Below are positions 1-9,187 of a stretch of 64,000 bases of DNA, one piece after another. Made by a program: the position numbers and the translations under genes. This stretch comes from Meiothermus sp. (GTDB taxonomy: Bacteria; Deinococcota; Deinococci; Deinococcales; Thermaceae), in the NCBI GenBank assembly GCA_033762915.1, contig JANRLD010000042.1, positions 160,001-224,000 on the forward strand, written 5' to 3'. Each line of letters begins with the position of its first letter. Position 1 is the first letter of the stretch. The notes beneath the pieces were generated by a model that worked only from the letters and a program-made list of their open reading frames with translations, did no database searches and had not been told where the DNA came from.

Positions 1-203
1 TTAAGCTTCTCGTCCACGAAGTAGGGCCCCTCGGTCATGGCGGGCCGTACGATGCACGCGGGCAGGGTGTTGCCCTGCGCCACGACCTGCTGCCCCTGGC
101 TGCCCACCAGCCCCGCTGCGCCTGCCAGCCCGCCCAGACCCAGCGCAGCCAGCACCTTTCTGCGGTTGAGTATTTTGCCAATGGGTTTGTCGTCGTTATC
201 CAT
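1..203 (-). CDS. Intradiol ring-cleavage dioxygenase family protein with Tat-like leader (5' part; runs off the window)
   Basis: Manual translation MDNDDKPIGKILNRRKVLAALGLGG...CIVRPAMTEGPYFVDEKL; twin-Arg leader, TEGPYF motif and AAGGAG RBS. Not in the ORF track. Confidence 0.7.
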   Translation of the reverse strand, partial: MDNDDKPIGKILNRRKVLAALGLGGLAGAAGLVGSQGQQVVAQGNTLPACIVRPAMTEGPYFVDEKL

Positions 204-334
204 AGCTGCTCCTTGGGAGGCTGAAAGGTACACAGAAGGCGGTCTAAATTGGCCCCTACCTTACACCCCTGCTTATACCTTTGCCCATCTCGGTTAGAGC
301 CGGGTATGCCATAGCACCCGTGTTGGTGCCCGCT

Positions 335-613
335 TTAGCGCCCGAGTGCCTTCCGGATGGCCTCAAATTCGTCGGGGCTGATCTCGCCCTTGGCGAAGCG
401 CTCGCGGGCGATCTCGAGGGCCCTGTCGGTGCTCGGAGGCGTGGGGGTGCTGCTCGCCGGGCTGCGCAGCAGCCGCACGACCAGCACCACCACCAGCGTC
501 AGCAGGCCCAAGAGCAGCAGCGCCCAGAGTAAGTCGTCGGCCAGGCCCCAGCCGCCGTAGCTGTACCCAGGCCCGAAGTTTCCGAAATTCCCGCGGTCGT
601 GAATCAGGTGCAT
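335..613 (-). CDS. SHOCT domain membrane protein
   Basis: One TM segment, then C-terminal ALEIARERFAKGEISPDEFE (SHOCT pattern). Confidence 0.8.
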   Translation of the reverse strand: MHLIHDRGNFGNFGPGYSYGGWGLADDLLWALLLLGLLTLVVVLVVRLLRSPASSTPTPPSTDRALEIARERFAKGEISPDEFEAIRKALGR

Positions 614-681
614 GGTAGCTCCTTACATCAACCGGGGCCGGCGGAGGGAGGAGGTTCCCCGCCGGCCCCAGGCCCGACGCT

Positions 682-1176
682 TTAGCGGTGGCGGCCCTGG
701 CCGCGCCCGCCCTCACCGCCGGGGCCGCCCCGACCGTCACGGTCACCGCCGGGCCCGAAGCGCATCTGCACCGGCTGGGCCACCAGGGCCTTGACCACGG
801 CGGCGCTGCTGGCCTTGAGGGTGGTGGCCTGCGCGGCGGTGATGCGCTGGGCCTGCACCTGCTGGTCGATCCCCGTGTTGCGGGCGGTGACCAGGGCGGC
901 CTCGAGGGCGGCAGAGGTCTTGCCCAGGTCGGCGGCGATCTGCGCCAGGGTCTTGGTGCCGTTGCTCAGCAGACCCAACTCGGGCGGGGTCACTCCCAGG
1001 AACTGCGCGGCGGCCATGTACAGGTTGCCCGCCCCGGCCCCGCGCTGCTGCAACTGGCGCTGCTGGGGATTCTGGTTGCCGGGGGCCTGCTGGGGGTTGG
1101 CCGGGGCGTTCTGGGCGAAGGCCCCACCAACGGCCAAGCTCGAGGCGATCAACAGGGCTTTGACGGTTTTGGTCAT
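682..1176 (-). CDS. Secreted hypothetical protein
   Basis: Signal peptide MTKTVKALLIASSLAVGGAFAQ, AAGGAG RBS, Gly/Arg-rich tail. Confidence 0.7.
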   Translation of the reverse strand: MTKTVKALLIASSLAVGGAFAQNAPANPQQAPGNQNPQQRQLQQRGAGAGNLYMAAAQFLGVTPPELGLLSNGTKTLAQIAADLGKTSAALEAALVTARNTGIDQQVQAQRITAAQATTLKASSAAVVKALVAQPVQMRFGPGGDRDGRGGPGGEGGRGQGRHR

Positions 1177-1351
1177 AGTGTTCTCCTTTGGGTAGCTTCG
1201 GGATGTGCTCCGAAGTTGGCCAAAGGATAGGGCGAAGGCGGTGAAAGGTGCGGGGAAGGAATGTGAAAGTTTGAAGAAAGGCGGGAATCGGGTGGTGGGA
1301 CAGATAAGCGTGAGGGGCGCCGGGTCAAGCGCGCAAAAGCTTCAGACGCCT

Positions 1352-1420
1352 CATCGCGGTTCCCGCCCTCAGGCTCCACCCAGTAATGCGCTAAAGCGAG
1401 CGCTAAAGCGAACGCTAAAG
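1352..1420 (+). repeat. Dispersed intergenic repeat, family R1 (GCGCTAAAGC units at 12-bp period)
   Basis: CATCGCGGTTCCCGCCC...GCGCTAAAGCGAGCGCTAAAGCGAACGCTAAAG resembles 25405-25489. Confidence 0.7.
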
Positions 1421-1460
1421 TCTGTAGGATCTACCCCGACAGTCCAGTCTATTGCTAAAC

Positions 1461-1492
1461 CGACCTCCCCTCACTTTCGGGAGGGGAGGTCG
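1461..1492. repeat. Palindromic hairpin (R2-like), possible terminator
   Basis: CGACCTCCCC...GGGGAGGTCG inverted repeat downstream of the DUF3108 gene. Confidence 0.55.
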
Positions 1493-1514
1493 GGAGTGGG
1501 GGAGATGGCGAGCC

Positions 1515-2171
1515 CTACCGCCCCTCAATCAAGGTGGCCTCGATGCGCCCGAAGTCGCGCCCAAAAACCACCCTGACCGGGGTGCGGCGGGCGTCGTTGC
1601 GGAACCAGGCCTCGACGGCCAGGCCGTCCCTGGCGAAGCGGTAGCCCAGCAGGCCGTTGTTGCCGCTCACCGCCTCGATGCGGCCCTGCACCAGGCCGGG
1701 GAAGTCGGCGAAGTTGAGCATCCTGGTCTCGGGTTTAGCCCGCAGGAAGTAGATGATCGAGATGTCGTCCAAGACCTGCTCGCTGGGGTTGCGCCAGTTG
1801 CCCTTCTTGCCGTCGGGGTAGGTGACATTGGCCCAGCAGCCCGCGTCTTCCTGGCGCTGGAAGACCAGCCGGGTGGTGCCCTTGAAGGGCTCGGTGAGGT
1901 TCTTGGTGAAGCGGTCGGTGAAGAAGTCGCCGCCCATCTGGCTCTCGACCTCGAGGCCATACCCGCTCACCGCCATCACCCCGGTGGTCTCGAGCTTGCC
2001 CCGCAGCAGCCAGCCGCCGCCCGCGGACTCAGCGCTGAAGGTCAGCCGCCCCACCCCCACGCCCTGCCACGCGACCTGATACACCAGCCGCTCACCCGAG
2101 GCCCAGGGCGCGCTTTGCGCCCAGCCCAGCGACACCAACACCACCAATCCCAGCCAGACGGCCCGTGCCAT
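1515..2171 (-). CDS. Exported DUF3108-like protein
   Basis: Signal peptide; GERLVYQVAW...G and C-terminal W...D.RRTPVRV pattern. Confidence 0.6.
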   Translation of the reverse strand: MARAVWLGLVVLVSLGWAQSAPWASGERLVYQVAWQGVGVGRLTFSAESAGGGWLLRGKLETTGVMAVSGYGLEVESQMGGDFFTDRFTKNLTEPFKGTTRLVFQRQEDAGCWANVTYPDGKKGNWRNPSEQVLDDISIIYFLRAKPETRMLNFADFPGLVQGRIEAVSGNNGLLGYRFARDGLAVEAWFRNDARRTPVRVVFGRDFGRIEATLIEGR

Positions 2172-2264
2172 AGAGTTAGGCTTAAGGATACGACGGTTTG
2201 TTCCGGGGATGGGGTTAGGTCAGGGGTGAAGGGGTGTTACATTGCGACTAGTTAAGATTATATG

Positions 2265-2380
2265 AGAGCGATTTCCAAGAACACTTCGGTACGGCGGTTT
2301 TTGCCAGACCGAGTGCACTACTCCGCTTTAGCGCACGCTTTAGCGCCGTACCTGGGCGGAGTATGGGTGGGAAACGCGAT
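2265..2380 (-). repeat. Dispersed repeat R1, uninterrupted copy
   Basis: Aligns along its length with 45325-45440 and, in reverse complement, with 25405-25650. Confidence 0.85.
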
Positions 2381-2480
2381 GAGAATCGGCGGACACGGTA
2401 AATACGTGCCTGGGCGGAGCGGCTACCCGAGGCGCAATTCCATGCGGGCGTTGGCGGGCGGTAGGTCGCAATGCAGACTA

Positions 2481-3035
2481 TTAGGCTTGGGCCTCGAGCC
2501 CCCCCAGCAGCGCTTCCAGCCCGCGCTCGAGACCGCCCTGGGGACCGCTGGGGCCGAACATGCCGGAACGCTCGAGCACCGCGAAGCCGTGCAGCAGCGA
2601 CCACAGCGCCACCGCGGCAGCGGTGTCGTCGGGGTTGCCGGTGACGTTGCCCACCAGGCTCAGCACCAGACCCCAGAGGTCCTTGCCTGCGCCGGGGGTG
2701 GAGGGCAGGCCGACTTTCTCGGTGAGGAGGGCGTATAGCTCGGGGTGTCGGCGGGCGAACTCGAGGTAGGCCCGGCCCGCTGCCAGCACCGCCTGTCTGC
2801 CCGAGCCCTGCTGGGCGGCCTGCCCGATGTGCCGCCGCAAGATGATCGCCGCCTGTTCGCTCAGGGCCCGCTCGAGGGCCTCCTTGTCGGCGTAGTGGCG
2901 GTAGAGGCTGGGGGCCCTGACCCCCAGGCGCTCGGCCAGGTTTCGCATCGAGAGGGCCGCCGACCCTTCCTGCTCGAGCAGCTCGAGGGCAGCCTCGAGA
3001 ATGGCCTGCGGGCTGATCTGGGCGGGGTAGGGCAT
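2481..3035 (-). CDS. TetR/AcrR family regulator (WHG-type C-terminus)
   Basis: LSMRNLAERLGVRAPSLYRHY HTH and LWSLLHG motif; start taken at MPYPAQ. Confidence 0.9.
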   Translation of the reverse strand: MPYPAQISPQAILEAALELLEQEGSAALSMRNLAERLGVRAPSLYRHYADKEALERALSEQAAIILRRHIGQAAQQGSGRQAVLAAGRAYLEFARRHPELYALLTEKVGLPSTPGAGKDLWGLVLSLVGNVTGNPDDTAAAVALWSLLHGFAVLERSGMFGPSGPQGGLERGLEALLGGLEAQA

Positions 3036-3101
3036 ATGGGAACAGTGTACGCCGCAACGGGGCGGGCGTGCGGAGCCGGCGAGTGCGACAGGCACGCGCC
3101 T

Positions 3102-6100
3102 TTACGCCCGCTTGCTCATCGCCCAGGCCACGAAGCGGTTGGCTACGAAGCGGGCAGCGTAGTCTTTGGGCAGGCCCTGGGCCAACTGGCGCAGGGCGGC
3201 CTGGGTCTGTTCGAGCAGACCCTGACCCTCCTTATCGCCCAGCGCCCTGGCACGGGCGTAGAGCACTAGGGGGGTGTCGTAGAGGTTCATGGCCCAGGGG
3301 GCGTGGAGCTGGTAGGCGCGGGCGCTGGCCTCGAGGGCTTCTCGGCGCTTGCCCTGGCGCAGATAGGCCAGGGTTAGGCCGGAGAGCGAGCGGGCCTGGT
3401 GGCGGTCCTCGCGGCGGTCGGCCCAGATGTCTACCGAGTGCTGCTGCAACTGGCGGCTGGCCTCGAAGTCGCCCCGCTCGAGCAGGGTGTAGCCCAGGAA
3501 GAACAGGCTGTGGCCCAGCATGGCCTTCTCGCCCATCTGGCCGAAGTCCTCGAGGGCGGCCCGCAGCTCGGCCTCGGCGTCGGTCAGGCGGTTCTCGGTC
3601 AGGTAGGCCATGCCCAGATTCAGGCGCAGGAGGGCCAGGTCGCGCTTGGAACCCAGCTCGGCGGCCTGGGCCATGGCCTCGCGGGCGGCGGCCTCGAGGC
3701 CCGGCTCCAGGCCGAAGATGGCCGCCCCCAGCAGCTCGAGCTGCAAGGCGTCCCACAGCGCCCACCAGTCACCGCGCTCCCGCGCCTCGGCCTCGATCTG
3801 CCGCGCCAGCTCGAGGCTGCCGATGTAGTCGCCCTTTATCATCCCCACCAGGCCCTTGTCGGCCCGCAGGCGGCGCAGCAGCAGGGCGTCCTCCATCTCG
3901 CTGGCCAGTTGCCAGGCGCGGTTATAGGCCCGCTGGTGCTGCCCCAGGTCGCCCAGGCGGAACCAGTAGCCCGAGAGGTTGCGCACCGCCAGGGCCTCCA
4001 TCGCGGTGTCCCCGGCGGCCTCGAAGCTGCGGATGGCCTCGTTCAGCGGGCCGAGCTGGGCGTCGGGGTTGCCGCCCCGGTACTCCAGCCAGGCCAGCTT
4101 GAACAGGGCGTGGCCGCGCTGGGTGGGGCTCTGGGCCAGCTCGAGGGCCTCCCCCACCGCCGCGATGCCCTCCTCGACCTGCCCCGAGGCCAGCGCCGCA
4201 TCGGCGTCCAGCAGGTACAGCCGGAAGCGCTCCGAGGCCCCCAGCTCGAGGGCCAGCCGCTGGAGCTGGCGGCGCTCGTTGAAGTGGGCCTGGCCCAGGG
4301 CCACGCGGGTCTCGGCGGTCTCGATCAGGAGTCGGAAGCGCTCGGCGTCGGGGAGGTCGGGCGGCAGCAGGTCTTGGGCCTTGTGGAAATGCTCGAGGGC
4401 CTGGGTGGCCAGCGGCCCCCGGCGCAGGGCCCTGGCCGCGCTGAGGTGGGCCGCGAAGGCCTCGGAGCGCTGCCCGGCGGCCTCGAGGTGCAGCGCCAGC
4501 TGCGAGAGCGAGCCGCCGGTCTGGCGCAGGACCTGGGCGATGCGCAGGTGCAGCCAGCCCTTGCGCGACGGGCTCAACTCGGCCAGCACGGCCTGGCGGG
4601 CCAGCTCGTGCCGCAGGGCGTAGCCCGCGTCGTCCAGCCGTAGGAAGCCGCCGCCTTGCAGCAGATCGAGGTCGCCCAGGCTGGCTCCCAATTGGCTCCC
4701 CAGGCTCACCACCGCCTCCGGTGAGAGCGGGAAGTCGGCCAGCGCGATGGCCTGCACCATCCCCTTGGCGGCCTCGCCCAGGTTGCGCAGGCGGCCCAGC
4801 AGGGCCTCGCGCACGCTAGGCGGCACCGGCAGTTCGCGGTAGTCGGTGGTGAACTGGTCGAAGGGGGTGTGCCAGGCCGAGCGCTCCGAGCGCAGCAGCC
4901 CTTTTTCAAACAGGTAGCGCAGGGTCTCGAGGACGAAGTAGACGTTGCCCTCGGTGGCCCGGTAGAGCCGCTCGGCGAACAACTCGCCGCCCTCCTGCTG
5001 CCCCGAGAGCTGGCGCAGCAGTTGGATCAGGCTGGGCAGGCTGAGGGCCTCGAGGACGCGCAGGTGCAGCCGCCCCTCGGCGCGCAGCTCGTGCAGGGCC
5101 GCGCCCAGGCCGCCCTCGCCCCGGCTGGTGGCGATCACTGCGAAGCCCAGCGCACCGGCCCGCCGCACCAGGTAGGGCAGGAACTCGAGGCTGGCCCAGT
5201 CCAGCCAGTGCAGGTCCTCCCACAGCAGCACCCCGCCGGGCCGCACCGCCAGCTGCACCGCGCGGGTCAGGGCCTCGAACAGCCGGGCCTTGCCGCCTTC
5301 GCCCTGTGGCTGCGGCGTCCCCAGCTCGGGCAACAAGGGGGCCAGGGCCTCGCGCCAGGTGGGCTCGAGGGCGTTCAGCCGGCCCGCCTCGAGGGCCTGC
5401 CGCAGGGCCTCCAGCAGCCCCCCGAAGCCGATGCCCTGCCCGCTCTCGCGCTGCACTGCCCGCAGCACCTCGCAGGGGCCACCGCCCACCCGGTAGCGGC
5501 TGTACTCCTGGGCCAGGCGGCTCTTGCCCACGCCCGCCTCACCCAGGAGCAGCAGCAGCCCCTGCCCGAAGCGCCGCTCCAGCCAGTCCCAGTCCTCGGC
5601 CCGGCCCACCAGCGGCGGCTCGACCAGGGCCGGGGTGGGCTCCCCGGCGGTGGCTGGGTGCACCTCCTGGCCGGCCCGCAGCCGTTCGACCATCTGCCGG
5701 GTCTCGGGGCTGGGCTCGAGGCCCAGTTGCGAGCGCAGCAGCTCGCAGTACTGCTCGAACTGCTTGAGGGCCGCGCCGCGCTCGCCCTTGAGGAAGAGCA
5801 GCCGGATGGCGGCCTGCTGGAGGGCCTCCTGCAGGGGGTCTTGGGCCAGCAGGGCCTGGTACTGGCGCAGGGCCTCGGCGTAGTTGCCGCCCGCCTCGAG
5901 GTTCCTCGCCAGCCCCAGCACCGCCTCGCGGTACAGCCCCTCCCAGCGCTCGCGCTCGGGGATCAGCCAGTCCCAGAAGGGCTCTGGGGCCTTGGGGTCG
6001 AACCCCGCCAAAAAGCCCCCCCGCCACAGCGCGGTGGCCTCGGCCCAGGCCCCCCGCGAGAGGTGCAGCAGGAACTGATCGAGGTCGCTGCCCACGTCCC

Positions 6101-6362
6101 CCAGGGTGAGGGTCTGGGGGCTCTGCACCACCACCTCCTCCCACACCGTCCCCTTGAGCCGGAACAGCTCCTGCCGCAGGTTTCGCCGCACCGACTCCTC
6201 GTCGCCCTCCCACAGCAGGTCGGCCACCTTGGAGCGCTCGAGGGCGGTCTTCTGCACCGCCAGATAGGCCGCCATCGCCATCGCCTTGCGCGGCACCTGG
6301 GTCACCAGCTTTTCCCCCTCGAATAGCTGCGGGGGGCCGAGGAGGGAGAGGTGGAGGGTCAT
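3102..6362 (-). CDS. BTAD/SARP-domain transcriptional regulator with AAA ATPase and TPR repeats
   Basis: LSLLGPP start, DPLQE..EPSPET BTAD motifs, Walker A GEAGVGKS, EDLHWLD, TEGNVYF. Confidence 0.88.
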   Translation of the reverse strand: MTLHLSLLGPPQLFEGEKLVTQVPRKAMAMAAYLAVQKTALERSKVADLLWEGDEESVRRNLRQELFRLKGTVWEEVVVQSPQTLTLGDVGSDLDQFLLHLSRGAWAEATALWRGGFLAGFDPKAPEPFWDWLIPERERWEGLYREAVLGLARNLEAGGNYAEALRQYQALLAQDPLQEALQQAAIRLLFLKGERGAALKQFEQYCELLRSQLGLEPSPETRQMVERLRAGQEVHPATAGEPTPALVEPPLVGRAEDWDWLERRFGQGLLLLLGEAGVGKSRLAQEYSRYRVGGGPCEVLRAVQRESGQGIGFGGLLEALRQALEAGRLNALEPTWREALAPLLPELGTPQPQGEGGKARLFEALTRAVQLAVRPGGVLLWEDLHWLDWASLEFLPYLVRRAGALGFAVIATSRGEGGLGAALHELRAEGRLHLRVLEALSLPSLIQLLRQLSGQQEGGELFAERLYRATEGNVYFVLETLRYLFEKGLLRSERSAWHTPFDQFTTDYRELPVPPSVREALLGRLRNLGEAAKGMVQAIALADFPLSPEAVVSLGSQLGASLGDLDLLQGGGFLRLDDAGYALRHELARQAVLAELSPSRKGWLHLRIAQVLRQTGGSLSQLALHLEAAGQRSEAFAAHLSAARALRRGPLATQALEHFHKAQDLLPPDLPDAERFRLLIETAETRVALGQAHFNERRQLQRLALELGASERFRLYLLDADAALASGQVEEGIAAVGEALELAQSPTQRGHALFKLAWLEYRGGNPDAQLGPLNEAIRSFEAAGDTAMEALAVRNLSGYWFRLGDLGQHQRAYNRAWQLASEMEDALLLRRLRADKGLVGMIKGDYIGSLELARQIEAEARERGDWWALWDALQLELLGAAIFGLEPGLEAAAREAMAQAAELGSKRDLALLRLNLGMAYLTENRLTDAEAELRAALEDFGQMGEKAMLGHSLFFLGYTLLERGDFEASRQLQQHSVDIWADRREDRHQARSLSGLTLAYLRQGKRREALEASARAYQLHAPWAMNLYDTPLVLYARARALGDKEGQGLLEQTQAALRQLAQGLPKDYAARFVANRFVAWAMSKRA

Positions 6363-6543
6363 GAGGGCAAGAGGGAAGAGGGCGGCAAAGATGGGAGGAA
6401 AAACGAAAGAGGCGAGGGGAAACCAGGGGCAACAGCACGGACCGAGACGACGCCAAACCCGGCCCCCTTCTGGACGCTGGGATTGCGGGCGGTTTTTCCC
6501 GCAATCAGAGTATGGCGGGCATCAGGGGGGGGCGCAAGGCGCA

Positions 6544-6710
6544 GGGTTAGGTGATCTGCCGAGACAGGCCCCCGAGAACCTTGGGGGGGTAGTCTCCTCC
6601 AAAACAACAAACCGGTGACCGGAACCTGCCGGCGGAAGCGCTCCGCCTCAGAGATGGCCGACCACCGACGGCCCAACGGCTCAGACGCTCGAGGCCCGCG
6701 GCCCCGAACC
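6544..6710 (+). ncRNA. Structured ncRNA, 6S RNA-like
   Basis: About 165 nt with paired ends (GGGTT/AACCC), an A/C-rich unpaired stretch CTCCAAAACAACAAA and a nested stem CGGTG..GGCGGA-loop-TCCGCC..CACCG. Strand and identity are uncertain. Confidence 0.45.
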
Positions 6711-6788
6711 CCTCCCTTCCCCCTCTTCCCTCTTCCCTCTACTGAAGGCGGCATAGACTCGAGACAGGCGGTTGAAAGGCAAATATAC

Positions 6789-7595
6789 TCAGTTGTTTTC
6801 GGAAGGGCGGGTTATTTGGCTGGCGGCCTGCTGCCAGTCTCCGCTGCGGGCCAGGCTGGTGCCCACCAGCACGGCGTCGCAGTGCTCGCGCACGGCGGCC
6901 AGTTGGTCGGGGTGGCTGTAGCCCGACTCGGCCACCAGCAGCCCCTCGAAACCCTGCTTGCGGGCTTTTTTCGCCAGGATGGGGGCGGTGGTGAGGTCTA
7001 TCTTGAGGTCTACCAGGTTGCGGTTGTTGATGCCGATGATCTCGGCCCTGGCCTCTAGGGCCAGATCCAGCTCGTAGGGGTCGTGCACCTCTACCAGGGC
7101 GTCAAGGCCCAGGGCCTTGACCAGGCGCACATATTCGCCGGTGTGGCGCCCCAACACCGCCACGATCAAGAGTACCGCCGAGGCCCCCAGCGCCCTGGCC
7201 TCGGCCACCTGGCCGGGGTGAACGGTGAAGTCCTTGCGCAGTACCGGCACCCGAACCGCCGAGCGTACCTCGAGCAAGTCCTTGTCGCTGCCCAGGAAGT
7301 AGTGCGGCTCGGTGAGGACGCTGACCGCCCTGGCCCCCCCCTTCACGTAGTCCCGGGCCACCTTGGCGGCCTCGAGCTCAACCGCGATCTCGCCCTGCGA
7401 GGGGCTCTTGCGCTTGACCTCGGCGATCAGGGAGAGGCCCGGCTGGGCCAGCGCCGCCTTGAACGCGGGCGGGGGCTCGGTCGAGGCCACGAACGAGGTG
7501 TGCTCGAGGTAGCTCGAGACCTCTTTATAGCGGCGGCGGGCGATCTCGCCCAAGACGCCGGGAACATACGACAACTCCAGCCGATCCGCAATCAT
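6789..7595 (-). CDS. trpC: Indole-3-glycerol phosphate synthase
   Basis: IAEVKRKSPS, SVLTEPHYF, LRKDF, GINNRNL and VAESG motifs. Confidence 0.97.
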   Translation of the reverse strand: MIADRLELSYVPGVLGEIARRRYKEVSSYLEHTSFVASTEPPPAFKAALAQPGLSLIAEVKRKSPSQGEIAVELEAAKVARDYVKGGARAVSVLTEPHYFLGSDKDLLEVRSAVRVPVLRKDFTVHPGQVAEARALGASAVLLIVAVLGRHTGEYVRLVKALGLDALVEVHDPYELDLALEARAEIIGINNRNLVDLKIDLTTAPILAKKARKQGFEGLLVAESGYSHPDQLAAVREHCDAVLVGTSLARSGDWQQAASQITRPSENN

Positions 7596-7765
7596 CTATT
7601 TAGTGTACCGCCAAAGCGGCGCGGCACGGTTTAGGTCGTCATGACAACTGGATTGAGATTTGGTTAAGGGCGTGCTGAGGTCCGCCCTTTCCGTCCGCCA
7701 CCGGCGGACCGCGATAGGGAGTACATTACCTGCCGCCTCGAGGGAGGTCATGGTGGGAAGCGCGA

Positions 7766-8362
7766 TCAGCCCCTGTGGATTAAGAAATGACAGGCCCGCT
7801 TCCCGTCGCGCTGGCAGAAGGGGCGCTCGGCCTCGAGGCCGGTGGCCCGCCCGATCACCCGGGCGGGCAGGTCGCAGACCGCCTCGAAGCGCTGGCCGGT
7901 GGCGTAGTAGAGGCAGTTGTAGGCCTTAAGCTCCCACCCGCTCGGGGTCTCCTCGAGCTGCCCCAGCATGTCGCCGTAATCCATGTACTCCAGGAGTGCG
8001 GCCAGCTTGGCGCTGCCCTCGAGGCCCGCCAGCTTGCGCCGCAGCTCCGCCGCCATCCCCTCGGCCACCCCCTCGAGCAGCCGCCCGATCAGCCCCTCGG
8101 CCTCGGCCTGCCCCAGCACCGCGTCCAGCAGCTCGGGGTAGCGCTTGGGGAACAGCCCCTCCGAGGCCTGGGTCAGCCGGTACACGGTGGCGGGGCGGCC
8201 CTTGCCCTCGCGGCGCTGCTCCTGGGTCAGCCAGCCCTGCTGCATGAGGCGGGTCAACTGGTGCCGCACGGCGGTTTCGGACAGCCCCAGGGCCGCCCTA
8301 AGCTCGCGGATGGTGGTGGGGCCGCCCTGCTTGAGGTGTTCAATTAGCTGGCGTGAACTCAC
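7766..8362 (-). CDS. ArsR/SufR-like winged-helix regulator with Cys-containing C-terminus
   Basis: LGLSETAVRHQL..GRP, FPKRY, NC..C..C..C pattern. Confidence 0.8.
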   Translation of the reverse strand: MSSRQLIEHLKQGGPTTIRELRAALGLSETAVRHQLTRLMQQGWLTQEQRREGKGRPATVYRLTQASEGLFPKRYPELLDAVLGQAEAEGLIGRLLEGVAEGMAAELRRKLAGLEGSAKLAALLEYMDYGDMLGQLEETPSGWELKAYNCLYYATGQRFEAVCDLPARVIGRATGLEAERPFCQRDGKRACHFLIHRG

Positions 8363-8470
8363 GGGGACATTTTACTCTATTTTCACTATAGATTTAGTGT
8401 GTAACCTGCGTTAAGTTTAGGGCAGAGGTCGCAGGGGACCGGACGCGACCTTCGCCAAAAGGAGGGCTAT

Positions 8471-8683
8471 ATGAAACTCAACGAGAGCAACACCGACCGC
8501 ATTATCCGGGTGGTTCTGGCCGTGGTCTTTTTCGTCCTGGCCTTCGGCCCGCTGAGCGGAATCTGGGCGGTGGTGGCGGGCGTGCTGGGCGTGGTCATGC
8601 TGGGCACCGCCGCCGTTGGCTTCTGCCCGTTGTACGCGCTCTTCGGCATCAACACCTGCCCGGTGGACCAGCGCAAGGCGTAG
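8471..8683 (+). CDS. YgaP/DUF2892 membrane protein
   Basis: DRIIR...GFCPLYALFGINTC signature; GGAGG RBS. Confidence 0.9.
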   Translation: MKLNESNTDRIIRVVLAVVFFVLAFGPLSGIWAVVAGVLGVVMLGTAAVGFCPLYALFGINTCPVDQRKA

Positions 8684-8689
8684 CGCTAA

Positions 8690-8780
8690 AGGCCCCTCAC
8701 CCCCGGCCCCTCTCCCAGCAGGAGAGGGGATCGCACTTTAAACCCTTCTCCCCCTGGGAGAAGGGCTGGGATGAGGGCCT
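8690..8780. repeat. Double-hairpin palindromic element (family R2)
   Basis: GGCCCCTCA..CCCCTCTCC/GGAGAGGGG..CCCTTCTCCC/GGGAGAAGGG..TGAGGGCC. Confidence 0.75.
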
Positions 8781-8799
8781 CTTTTGGTACGATGCCGGC

Positions 8800-9180
8800 A
8801 TGAAACATGTCATCAAGACCGACCAGGCCCCCACCGCCTCCTCGCCCTTCTCCCAGGGCTGGCGGGCCGGCGACTTCGTCTACACCTGCGGCTGTGGCGG
8901 CGAGGACCCGGTGACCGGCGAACTGGTCGAGGGCGGGATCGAGGCCCAGACCCGCCAGACCCTGCTTAACATCCAGGCCATCCTGCGGGCGGCCGGGGCC
9001 GAGCTCTCCGACGTGGTCAAGGTCACCGCCCACCTCACCGACCTGGCCAACGCGCCCGCCTACAACCGGGTATATACCGAGTTTTTCCCCGGCGACAAGC
9101 CTGCCCGCACCACCGTGGGCAGCCAGCTTTTGGGCGGCTTTCTGGTGGAGATTGACGTGGTGGCCTACACCGGCAAGTAG
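8800..9180 (+). CDS. RidA/YjgF/UK114 family protein
   Basis: PFSQG, QTRQTLLNI, VVKVT, PARTTV and LVEID motifs. Confidence 0.92.
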   Translation: MKHVIKTDQAPTASSPFSQGWRAGDFVYTCGCGGEDPVTGELVEGGIEAQTRQTLLNIQAILRAAGAELSDVVKVTAHLTDLANAPAYNRVYTEFFPGDKPARTTVGSQLLGGFLVEIDVVAYTGK

Positions 9181-9187
9181 GCCGGAG

